Assembly: GCA_004431415.1 (NCBI GenBank)
Contig: QPMI01000477.1
Location: 647,618-711,617 of the forward strand
DNA from: Cyanophora paradoxa CCMP329
Lineage: Eukaryota; Plantae; Glaucophyta
DNA length: 64,000 bases
Direction of reading: 5' to 3'
Shown here: piece after piece, positions 11,005 through 23,000 of the stretch
Position numbering within the stretch: the first letter of the stretch is position 1
How the letters are laid out: each line of letters starts with the position of its first letter
Translations under genes and position numbers: made by a program
The notes under the pieces: model-generated
Told to the model about the DNA's origin: nothing
Database searches by the model: none
Seen by the model: the letters and a program-made list of their open reading frames with translations, nothing else

Positions 11005-14000
11005 CTAGCCGAGCACGAGGGAGCTGGGCCGCCTGGCCTTGACGCCGGGGCCGGCCTCCGGATCCCCGGGGGCGCCGGGCCGCAGTTCCACGACGTCGAC
11101 GGACTTGGAGCGCTGGGAGCGGTGCGGGGCCGCACCGATCGCGAGCGAGTCGCCGGCGCCGGCGGTACCGGTCCACGCGGGGCGCGGCTGGGCGGGGGCG
11201 GCCGGCGAGGGCGCCCTGAGCCAGTGGCCGGGGCCGTGCCCGAGGCCGAGGCCGGGCCCCGGCTCCGCGTCGGCGGCGAGGACCTCGACGTGCGTCACCT
11301 CGTCCCCGCGGGGCGATGTTCAGGGCGAGGGCCGGCGAGTGGCGTCGCGAGGCCGCGCGCAGGGCCTGCTCCCGCCGGAATCTCAGGCGCCGGATCGCGA
11401 AGACCGCGGCGCCGACCGCCAGCAGGCCGACGGCCGCGCAGGCGGCGGCCACGGCGATGGCGAACACGGGCGTCGACGATGTCGACGTCGACGTCGGCCG
11501 GCCGGCCCCTGACGACGAGAGCGAGGGGCGGGGCGGCGGGGCGGCGCCGGCGCCGGCGGCCGGGCCCGCGCCGGCGCCGACGGCGGCCTTGGCGTCGACG
11601 AAGGGCGACGCCGACTCGGCCGAGACCGCCGACGCGGCCTTGACGGGTGCCCCATGAACGAGGGCGCGCCGGCGCCGGCGGCGGGGCTGAGGACGGCGGC
11701 CACGAGGGCCTGTGCGAGGGCGGCCGCGGGCGGCGCGGCGTCCCCGGCGGCGCCGGCGGCGGGCCGAACGCGAAGGCGGCGACGACGCTGCCCGGGGCGA
11801 AGGAGACGTCCAGGAGAGCGGCGCGGACGGAGGCGGTGTCGAGGCCCCGGCTCGCCGCGACGAGGGCGGCGGCGGCGGCGGCGGCGCGCTCGCGGAGGGC
11901 CGCGAGCCCTCGGGCGAGAGGCCTCCCACGAAGGCCGCGAAGTCCGCGTCCAGGACGATGCGGGCGAGGGCCGAGCCGCCCGGCAGGCCCGCGACGCCGG
12001 CGGCGGGGCCCGGGGCGGCGCAGCGCGGGAAGTCGGGCGCGCCCGACACGCCCAGGACGACGACGCCGCCGGCGAGGGCGTTGCCGGCGCAGACGGCGTG
12101 CTGCTGCAGCGCCGCGGCGAAGGCCATGCCAGTGGCGGCGACGCCGTCGTACAGGGCGACGCGGCCGTCGGGGCGGCGCTCGAGCTCGAAAGGGGCGCCC
12201 CCGGGATCGCGGCGTCGCCGGGGAGCAGGGCGGGCCGCGCCGCGTCGAGGGCGGCGCGCAGCCCCGCCGCCGAGCCGCCCCCGAAGGCGACGCTGTAGAC
12301 GCGGGCCGGGTAGGGCACCGGCTGCGACACGGCGAGGGCCGTCACGGGGCGGCCGTGGAGGGCCGACCAGGGCGCGGAGAGGGCGGCGGCGAGGGCGCGC
12401 GCGAAGGTGTGCGCCGGGACGACCGAGGCGGCGGGCGAGAGCTCGTGCTGGAAGGTCAGGACGAGAGTGCCGTTGGGGGCGGCCCCGGAGAGCATCGCAG
12501 CCAGCGCCGCGTGCGAGAGCGACGCAAAGGGCGAGCCGCCCTCGGACGACACCGCGAGGACCTCGGAGGCGAGGGCCGACGCCTCGAGCTCGGCCGCCGC
12601 GAGGGGCGCCCCCGCGAGGGCGACGAGCACGGCGGCCTGCCCGTAGGCGAGGCCCTCGGGCGGGACGCTGGCGACGGCGAGGGGCGGGACGGAGAGCTCC
12701 CACGCGAAGGTCGCGGGGGAGCGCGCGTAGGCGTCCAGCGGGCGGGACGGAACCTGCGCCAGCGCCGCGCGCGCGCGGCGACGTCGACGTCAGACCGGGG
12801 CGGGGCGGCGGGGAGGGAGCCCTGGCCCATGGGGCGGACCTTGAGGCCGACGCGGTAGGCGACTGGCCAGAGGCTGGCGACGAAGGCGGGGGCCGGCGGG
12901 GCGGCGCAGAGGGCGGCGGTGTCGTTGAGGACCGTCGCGGGCGTCTGCAGCGCGGAGGCGGCGCGGGCGGCCGGCGTGCTGCCGAGCGGCTCGAAGCGGC
13001 AGGCGACGCCCGGCTCGCCGGCGGGGAAGCCCTGGCCGAGGACGAGGAGCGCGGGCGCCGCGACCGAGGCGCCCGGCTGGCGGTTGAAGACGGCCACCGA
13101 GGCGGCCGGCACGGCGGCCGCGGCGGTGACGCACGGGGCGAGCTCGGGCGGGGCCAGCACGGAGGGCGCGGGGGCGAGCCCGGTGGCGATCGCGCCCTCG
13201 ACGGGCGTACCTGCCGCGGCGGACGCGTCAGGCGCTGCCGCGATCGCGATCGCGAAATTCGAATTTCGCGAAATTCCCGCACCGCGGCAGACGCAGAGGT
13301 CGAGGAGGTGCTGGGCCATCGCCGTCGCCGAGAGGGCGTCGTAGTCGAGCAGGCGGAGCGTGACGTCGCCCCCGGCCGTCGCGAGGTGCCGCAGGAAGAC
13401 CGTCGGGCGGGAGACGCCGAACTCGGCGAACTGCGCCCGCAGCGCCGCGCGCAGCGCCGCCTCGAGGGCAGAGGCGGCGGGCGGCGCGCCGCCGAACGTG
13501 AGGACGACGTCGAGCGGCACGGCGTCGGAGATGGTGATGCCCGAGATGGGGAAGCCGAGGAAGCGGGGCGTGGCGGAGCGCGTCTGGAGCAGCTGGCCCG
13601 CGACGTACGAGGCCGGCATGCGGGAGAGGGCGGGCGGGACGGGCCCCAGCGTGAGCATGACGACGGCGCCGGCGCTGCCCGGCGCGAATTCGGAGTCTCG
13701 GATGGAGGCTTCCGCGGTGCTCTTCGGTACGCCGGGGCGCGCCGTCGCCGCCGCGCGGTCCGCCGCTTCTGCGAGCGCCTGCAGCCGCATGCCCCGCTTC
13801 TCCTCGGCGTTCTTGTTGCCGTAGGCGCGCCTGAAGTCGGTCGAGAGGGCAACGTGCACGAAGGTGTGGCCGTAGGGCATCCCCCTGAGGCGCAGCAGCG
13901 GGTTGGTGCCCGCGGCGGCGCACTCGCGCAGCGCCGGCGCCCGCGCCGCCGTGTCGAGGGTCGACGCGCTAATCACGACGAAGGCGAGGTCGACCACGTT

Positions 14001-17000
14001 GCCTGCGCGCGGCGCCGGCGTGAGGCCGGCCGGGCCGCGGTCCGGGGCCCGTGGCGCACCATCGCAGAGGGCGTAGTCGCGCAGCGCCTGCGCGAAGGCG
14101 TGCGCCGTCGTCTGCAGCGTGTCGTACACCTCGACCCGCACGTCGTCTGCCATCGCGCTGCCCACGACCTGCCGCGGCCCTGAGCGGCCGACCACCGGAC
14201 AGAACAGAAAGTTAACCGAAGAGCGCACGGCGACGGAGGGCTGGCCCGGCTCCGGAAGGGCGGCGCCCGGGAAGAGGACGGCCTCGCGGGCGTTGACGAG
14301 GGAGCGGGTGAGGCGCGCCTCGGGCGTCTCGCCCGCAAGGTCCTCAGTGTCCACGAAGGAGACGAGCCGGAGGGCGATCGGGAAGGGCGCGGGCGCCGCG
14401 AGGGAGACCTGGAGGACCTCTGCGCCGCCGAGGCGGGCCCAGGGCCGCGCGAGCGCCGAGGCAAGAGCCCAGGCGAGGGCGCGGGCGGGGAGCAGGCCCG
14501 CCTCCGGCCCGGCGGCCTGCTGGAAGGCGAGGAGCAGGACCGTCTCGGCGGGCGTCGCGCCGGCCGCCACAGACGGGGCGGAGAACATGGAGGCGAGGAG
14601 CGAGGCCGTCAGGGCGGGGTGCGAGCCGACGGGGGCCGGCAGCGGCAGGCCGACGATGAGGCTCGCCAGGCGCGAGGGCGTCGCGTCGAAGTCCGCCGGC
14701 CGCGCCGCGAGGAGCACGCGGACCGTCGCCTGGCCGTACCGCGCGCCGGCGGCCGCGAACGTGCCGACGGCGCGCGGCGGCGCGGAGACGGACCACGTGA
14801 AGGTCCGCGTGTTGGGCGCGTCGACGGGCGGCAGCGCCGCGCCGGCGGCGAGGACATCGACGCGGTAGGTCGCGTTCCAGAGCTCCGGGAGGAAGCGGGG
14901 GTGCGCGGGCGCGGGGCAACGCAGCCGCGACGCGCTGAGGACCGTTGCCGCCGTCTCCATCGCCGCCGCCGTCGCGGCGCTGCCGACCAGGCGGAAGGAG
15001 CAGCGCGCGGCGTCCGCGGCCGTCAGGTCGAGGTTGGCGACGGTGACCTCGATGGTGGGCGGCGTGACGGTGAAGTTGTCGGGCGGGTAGTACACCACGT
15101 GCCGCGAGGGCGGATCGACGGAGAGGACGGCCGGCCCGCCGGAGCCGGAGCCGCCCGGCAGCGGGCTGGTCGGGTCGACGAGGGCGCCCGACGGCGCGAC
15201 GAGCTTTAGCACCTCGGGCGTGACCTCGACGCTGACCGAGCTGCCCGCGTCGGCGAGGCCCGTGGCGAGGTTGTTCGAGAAGGCCTCGATGCACGAGCCG
15301 CAGCTGATCTGCTGCAGGAAGGCCTGCGCGGCGGCGCCCGCGGGGACCGAGGACGAGGCCGCGAAGACGTACGTGACCTAGCGCGGGGGGTGAGCGGCCC
15401 CGGCTGGCGGCGCGGGGGCGGCGGCTCGGGGCGGGTGGGCGGCGGACCTTGGTGCTCGACGAGCGGAGAGCGCGGCCGCGGCGGGCCGCCGCGCACTGGA
15501 CGGCGACGGACGACGGGTCGACGCCGGCGGTGCTCGCCGCGGCCGCGGCGAGGCCGGCCTGCGTCGGGCCGTCCTGGCACTCGGCGAGGGTGATGGGCAG
15601 CACGACGGCGACCGAGGCGGGCTCGGCGGCACAGGCGAGCGCCGCGGGGGCCGCGGTGGGGAACTCCGCCGCCTCCGGTTGCACGAACGCGCCGGCGAGG
15701 GCCCGGGCGTAGAAGGCGGTCTCAACCGCGAGATGTGCGGTCGAAACCTGTGGAGCGCGCGCGTTCGGGATCGAAAATCGAGAGTGGCGGAGAATCGAGC
15801 CGCACCGAATCAAAGAAGGCAGCAGGGCTGATAACTGCACCGGAGCGGACGACGGTAGGCGCACCAGAGGCGCCTTTGCTGACGTTGTAGGAGATCACGC
15901 TCGACGCGACGACGGAGGCTGGAGGCAGAAAAGCGTCAGCCGACGCGACGCTGTCAATTTGATGCGGAGCAGCTCGTGATCGCGCACCGTTGCTGACAGT
16001 GATCGTCGCGCGCGCGCTGGACGACAGCGGATCTAGCGAGGCGGCCGTCCAGAGCAGGGTGGCAAGGGACGGCGGCAGGCATCCCGCGTCGGACGAGCCC
16101 GACAGAACCGCGTACGAGGCGAAGGCGCCGGGGACAGAGGTGAGGGCGCCCGAGATCGTCGTGTCGCTGTTGTATGTCATCAGCGACCATCAGATACGAG
16201 AAGAGAGAAAGCGGAACGCGGTTGGAGGCCACACACCGGGTAGTATTCCCGTTGGTAGTGCGGAATGTAAGAGAGACGGCCACGCCCGGACGAATAGAGC
16301 GGTCAGAGAGCAAGATGCCTGCGCGCGCCTGAGAATGGGCTACATAAATTTCGAGCAAAGCGCTCACCTGCAAGGCTGCCGACGGTCTCGATAAGCACGT
16401 TCGGCGCCGACGAAGAGGGCGTTTTCGTCACGACAGTGCCCTCAGCGTTTGTGATGCTGTAGCTGACGACGCGGAGGCCGCTGTGGAGACCGAAGAGCTG
16501 CACGGTCGTTGCGCCGGGGTTGAAATCGACGAACTTGGCGAGAACCATGCCCTCTCTGCCGCGCGCGCACGGGGCCATGATCAGCAGCGCGCAGCAAAAG
16601 GGGTGGCCAGAGCAGGAGAAAAGCCGCCCGCACCCTGCAAACTGAGTCGGATTGGCAACAGCTAAGACGGCATACGCGTCGAAGCGAGGTGACGGCGAGG
16701 AGACGGGCAGCGAGCTTGGAGAGGGGCTCGGGCTCGGCGTCTCCGTCGGCGACGGGCTGGGCGACGGGCTCGGGCTCGGCGTCTCGGTCGGCGATGGGCT
16801 GGGCGACGGGCTCGGGCTCGGCGTCTTCGTCGGCGACGGGCTGGGCGACGGGCTCGGGCTCGGCGTCTCCGTCGGCGACGGGCTGGGCGACGGGCTCGGG
16901 CTCGGCGTCTCCGTCGGCGACGGGCTGGGCGACGGGCTCGGGCTCGGCGTCTCGGTCGGCGATGGGCTGGGCGACGGGCTCGGGCTCGGCGTCTCGGTCG

Positions 17001-20000
17001 GCGATGGGCTGGGCGACGGGCTCGGGCTCGGCGTCTCCGTCGGCGACGGGCTGGGCGACGGGCTCGGGCTCGGCGTCTCCGTCGGCGACGGGCTGGGCGA
17101 CGGGCTCGGGCTCGGCGTCTCCGTCGGCGACGGGCTGGGCGACGGGCTCGGGCTCGGCGTCTCCGTCGGCGACGGGCTGGGCGACGGGCTCGGGCTCGGC
17201 GTCTCGGTCGGCGATGGGCTGGGAGACGGGCTCGGGCTCGGCGTCTCGGTCGGCGATGGGCTGGGAGACGGGCTCGGGCTCGGCGTCTCGGTCGGCGATG
17301 GGCTGGGCGACGGGCTCGGGCTCGGCGTCTCGGTCGGCGACGGGCTGGGCGATGGGCTCGGGCTCGGCGTCTCCGTCGGCGACGGGCTGGGCGACGGGCT
17401 CGGGCTCGGCGTCTCCGTCGGCGACGGGCTGGGCGACGGGCTCGGGCTCGGCGTCTCCGTCGGCGACGGGCTGGGCGACGGGCTCGGGCTCGGCGTCTCC
17501 GTCGGCGACGGGCTGGGCGACGGGCTCGGGCTCGGCGTCTCCGTCGGCGACGGGCTGGGCGACGGGCTCGGGCTCGGCGTCTCTGTCGGCAATGGGCTGG
17601 GAGACGGGCTCGGCTCGGCGTCTCGGTCGGCGATGGGCTGGGCGACGGGCTCGGGCTCGGCGTCTCGGTCGGCGACGGGCTGGGCGATGGGCTCGGGCTC
17701 GGCGTCTCCGTCGGCGACGGGCTGGGCGACGGGCTCGGGCTCGGCGTCTCCGTCGGCGACGGGCTGGGCGACGGGCTCGGGCTCGGCGTCTCCGTCGGCG
17801 ACGGGCTGGGCGACGGGCTCGGGCTCGGCGTCTCCGTCGGCGACGGGCTGGGCGACGGCTCGGGCTCGGCGTCTCCGTCGGCGACGGGCTGGGCGACGGG
17901 CTCGGGCTCGGCGTCTCCGTCGGCGACGGGCTGGGCGACGGGCTCGGGCTCGGCGTCTCCGTCGGCGACGGGCTGGGCGACGGGCTCGGGCTCGGCGTCT
18001 CGGTCGGCGATGGGCTGGGCGACGGGCTCGGGCTCGGCGTCTCCGTCGGCGACGGGCTGGGCGACGGGCTCGGGCTCGGCGTCTCCGTCGGCGACGGGCT
18101 GGGCGACGGGCTGGGCGACGGGCTCGGGCTCGGCGTCTCCGTCGGCGACGGGCTGGGCGACGGGCTGGGTGACGGGCTTGGCGATGGGCTCGGTGTCGGG
18201 GGGATGGCGACGATGAAACGCTGGACTTGGCTCAGTTCTGTTCCACCAACCTGTACACTCAGGGTGTAATCTCCAGCAATTAGGTCCGCGGTGGGCAGAC
18301 TATAGGTAGCAGAGCCACTGGTCGTGGCGACTTCATTCGTCAGCGATTGCGCATCTCCACGTTTCACAATAAAGACGACCGTCGTTCCATCTTGCACGAG
18401 ATTGCCATACGCATCCCTGAGAAAATGCGTGATCATGAGAAATAGCGTGTCCAAGCGACAATGCGCGGGGGGGCGAAAAGCACTCACCGCACGGTAGCTG
18501 TCGCGGTGCATAGCTGCGAGGAGCCCGCAATCTGATCCGAGCATCCCTCGAAACTGACGTTGCTCTTGGCAGAGGCCGCCACAGATGGCACGATCGTAAT
18601 GTCGAGCGGGGTGAAGCCTTCCGCGAGAGCAAGCGCGAATTCGCCTGCGAGCTCGCTGCCGACGGCAAAGCCGTAGTGGCCTGCCCCGAGCGACACAGGA
18701 CCCGACAAAAGCGTCGCCGTCGAGTTGAGGGTCAGGGGGAAGTGGTTGTTCTCCGCGAACCGCAGGTTTCCATGCCTGAAACAGGTCAGATTTGCTTCGA
18801 TTGCAAAGAGATCTAGAATATTAATGCCTTCTACTTACCCATCGCGAGCGACAAGAGTAAGGCACGCGCGGCCCGCGCCAGCCTGGACAGACGGATGGAA
18901 CTGCGGGTTCGCCGCGCGTTCTTCGAGAAGGGTGTCGCCCAGAGACTGGTGGGCTGCGAGGGCAGGTGAGGACACGAATCAGCGCGGAATTTTGAATTTT
19001 GCACTGTTGCGATTCGCGCGGGCGTGTTCTTACCGGCTCGGATGCTGATGTGCGGCGTGGTGCTGGGAAGCACAGCCGAGGGCACCAGTGCGCTGTTGAT
19101 GTCGAGCTCAACGCGGTACGCCGCAGCGACGGTGAGCGTGAACGAGGCGGTGAAGGACGCGCCGTCGGCGGCGGCTGACAGCGGCACGGTCTTTTCGAGG
19201 GATTCCGACGCCGCAGCAGTGACGTCATACGTCGGGAATGAGCACGTCTCCAGAGTGAGACTCGCGGTCGAGTTTGCCGTTGCAGATAAGACCCCGGACT
19301 TGTAAAGACGCAAAACAAGCGCGGGGCCCGCATCCGCAGGCGCAATCACGTTCTCAAATTCATCGCTGTTGAGCTCGGTCAGCGAAGAACAAAGGTCGAC
19401 TGCGAGTCGCATTCGCACCGCACGACGGCCTGTGCGATGCATGCGTCTCCGGCAGTCATTGACGTGCATTCGGCGAGGGTCAGTGTTGTCTTGGACGGAT
19501 CGGCCGCCGCAGGCACAACCGAGAATGTCATCGGGCTATTGTCGACATCAAAGTTCCCAATCGTGGCTGTCAGAATGTACGAGCCGGCAGTGTTAAGAGA
19601 CGAGAGATTCGCGGATGCTAGGCCGGAAGATGTCAATGAAGTCTGCGTCCAAATCTGGACATTCCCAGAGCCTCCAACCTTGAAGATCTTGAAGACAACC
19701 GACGAGCCGTCGACAGAGTTTCCAAATTGATCGCGCACAGCCACGGTTGCAACGCCACCCGTGGCGCCTGCGACGAGCGAGGGGGTCCAGTCGACGGACA
19801 GGGCCGATGTGCTGGGATCCGGCGCGGAAGGCGCGATGGAGAACGCCTTCGGACTGCCGCTGATGTGCTCGCCAGCGACAGTGGCAGACGCGACGTACGC
19901 CCCCGCCGCAGTGAAGGTCGCCGGCACGTCGACGGAGACGGTGCCAGCGACAGTCGAATTTGCCGAGTACGTCCAAGGCGCCGAGGCGTCAGGCCCGGAG

Positions 20001-23000
20001 ATCGTGAAGGTGACGCTCTGCTCTGGAATTGCGTTGCCAAAGCGGTCTCGGATCGTGGCCTGTGCGAGGCCGATGGAAGCCCCGGGCTTGAGGGAGCCCC
20101 AGGTGAAGGTGACGGCGGATGAAGGCAGGTCGACTGCTGCGGGCTGAACAAAGAGGGTGTACGGCGAATTCCCGACCGCCTCGTTTGCGAGCAGAACCCC
20201 GACGGAGTATTCCCCCGCAGAGCTCTCCGAGAAAGACATCGAGCCAACCCCGTTTTGTCCTACGCTGACGGTGAACTGTCGAACTTGCCGCGGCCGCTGC
20301 GTTGAGACCGGGGACACGATTATCGTGATCTCTGCACGGGTAAATCAGATCTACCACAACGCTTGAGCGCTTCAAATGGACGCACCGACGCCGGCCTGAG
20401 CTGGCGCATCACCTTGCTCGTCCCTAACAGTCACCTCGAAGGCCGCCGTGTCTCCGGCCAGCAGCGATGGCGGAATGCTGGCCGCGCTCTTGCTTGCAGC
20501 TGGCACGCTGTCCGCTGGGAAAACAGCGACGCTCACACCAGCCGTGGCGTAGCTCCCGGCCTCGAACACCGCCCGCTTGGCGGCCGACCGCACGGTGACC
20601 GAGAACGCGTACGTGGCGCCCGCCGTCTGGAAGAACGAGGCGGGGATCGAGAGAGTCTGCCCCGACGCGGCACCTGAAAGCGCGAGGAGATCGGCGTTAC
20701 GATGGCGCTCCGGGATCCGAGCAATTGCACGCAAATTATTTCAACGAGCGGGCGGCTGCGCACCGAGGAAATTGCTTCCAGCGCAAAGCGCCCTCGACGC
20801 GTCGGCGCAAGTCCACGAGTACGCCCAATCCGACGTTGAGCCCGAGTCGGGGTCGGTGGCGGTCGCCGTCAGCTCCAGGCCACCGGCAATGTTGGTTGGA
20901 ACGAGTACAGTGCCGCTCTTGTCGAGCCTCACCGTTATAGGCGACGGCACGAACCGGACGAGGACGGCACTGGTGGAAGCCAGTGCGAGCGCGTCGTCGA
21001 CCTGGAGATCCGCCCTGAACTGGAGCAGCAGAGAAGGCATCTGGCGCGTATCGATTTGCGCGAGGTCGAGACGCAGCTGCCGGCTGGTGACGTTGGTAAC
21101 TGTCGCGAGGTTGACCCCTGGCGGATCGACGACCGACCACGCAAGCTGGAGCCGCGAGAGCAGGTCGGCGACGGGCTCGCAGCTTGCGAGGGCGACCTCG
21201 CCCGACAGCTCAAGAGCGGCGGTGCGGCGAAGGGAGATCGTCGAAGAGCCGTGAATGGAGGTGGAGACGGTGAGGTCCGACGTCTTGGAAACGCGGACGG
21301 ACGATACCGGCCCGCGGTTGCCGAAAAAGTTGCGGGGCGTGAGAGAGAACTCGAACTCCGCGTTGGAGGGAAGGCCGGCGACGGCGGAGGTCAGGTTGAC
21401 GATCGGTCGGCCCTGCTGCGCGGCGATGGCAGCTTCCAGGGCTGTTGCAGCGGCCGCGGCGCTAGCGGCCGGAGCGTTGAGAACGCGGGCCGACCAGGAC
21501 AGCGTAACGTCGCGGTTCCCGCCTCCGGAGACGGACACGGCCTGCAGAACCAGCTCCGAGCAGGCGCCGATGACGGGTGGCGCGACGGCCGTGGCTGAAG
21601 GCAGGAGAGGCCGCAGTGGCTGCAATAGGGTGGACGTGGCCGTCGACGGCAGCGAGTTTCGAACAGCGGTGAACTGCGGTGTGCTCGCGATGTCAGCGCA
21701 GCGCGGAATTCGAAAGAGATGCGGCGGCTGATGCGCACGAGGACATTGGCCTTGACTGCAATGCTGTCGCCTGGCATGATGGTGCTCTGCGGCCCGAGCG
21801 AGACGACGAGCAGCGAAGGGCTCGGCCAAGAGCAGGATGCTGCGAGGCATGCACATGCGCAGTGAGTCGCATCGCGCAAAGGCCTCGGGCGGGGAGAGTG
21901 CGATCAGGCACCTCCCTCTAGGAGCATGTTGGTCGCCGCTGACAAAACGCGAGCGCAATCCTCGCTGGCGACGTGTCCGTTGTTGGGTTCAACCATATCA
22001 GCCATGTTCGTACTAACATCAAACTGGACATCGATCGAGTCGCCGCTGGGCGCGAAAACAGCCCTGGAGATCGCAGGCACGGCCGCTGCGTGATCATGAC
22101 TAGCGCGTCAGAACTGAACGAAGGGGGAAGTCGCACGCCCAAATTGGTTTTAAAGCCACGCACCCGGCTGGAAGGAAATCACGCTGGAGACTGATTGCTC
22201 GAATGCGGAAGCAACTGAGCTGCGCATAGAGACTGACACGCGGAAGGACCCCGTGGGCACGACGAGCAGGCGCGCTAGGACGCCGTCCCTGGCCGGCGAG
22301 TAGTCGAGCTGGACGGACGGCGGGTGCGCGGACGCCGCTGGCCGCGTCTCCCCGACCGCGGCGACGGAGACCTCGAAATGACTGCTGACGGGGCCCCAGG
22401 TCGACAGATCGATCCTGTTCTTGTACGCATCCCGGACCTGAGCGCATTTCAGCGCGAAACGCCGCAGCGCGTCTAACGCAGCGAGTGTGGGGGGCGCACC
22501 GAAATGCGGAGGACGATTTCGGAGCCAGCGGTCGGTGCGGTAGTCACCGCGGGCGTTAGGACGGTCTGATTAGCATCCGCGGCGGACGGTGTCACGGTCA
22601 TCGCGAGCGGAGCAAAGTCGCTGCCGAGCGTCAGCCTGAAGCTGCCCGCCAGAGTGCTCCCGACAACAATCCCGTAGCGGCCGGCCCCAAGCGACACGTT
22701 GCCAGAAACAATTGATGTCTGGGCGAGGCTCGTTGACGGGGATGCGGCGAGCTCGAGGGCCCAGGGGAATATGCTCTCTACGCCAACTCGAGCGTTGCGG
22801 TAGCTAGCAGCAGAATGAATGTGAGCCGTCGGCGACATTTGCTTGACCGTGAGGCAAGATCGTACGCGTACCGGTCAAGGGCGGCGAACGTGAGGCAGGC
22901 GAGGCCAGCCCCGGCCTGGAATGACGGCGAGAAAGACGCGTTCCGCCCGCGCTCCTCTAACAAGAAGCCATCGGACGTCTGGTCACCTGCGTGTGCCACA

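Noticed and set aside
10871-15864. Many long Arg/Pro/Gly-rich ORFs on both strands
   Set aside because: These are stop-poor shadow frames of very GC-rich coding DNA; only parts belong to the giant gene.
16725-18195. CRISPR-like array
   Set aside because: The repeat units are contiguous with no unique spacers, there are no cas genes, and the repeat is coding.
16652-18269. Long + strand ORFs ([14 protein letters not shown] and [12 protein letters not shown] repeats)
   Set aside because: They are antisense and alternative-frame shadows of the stop-free 42-bp coding repeat.
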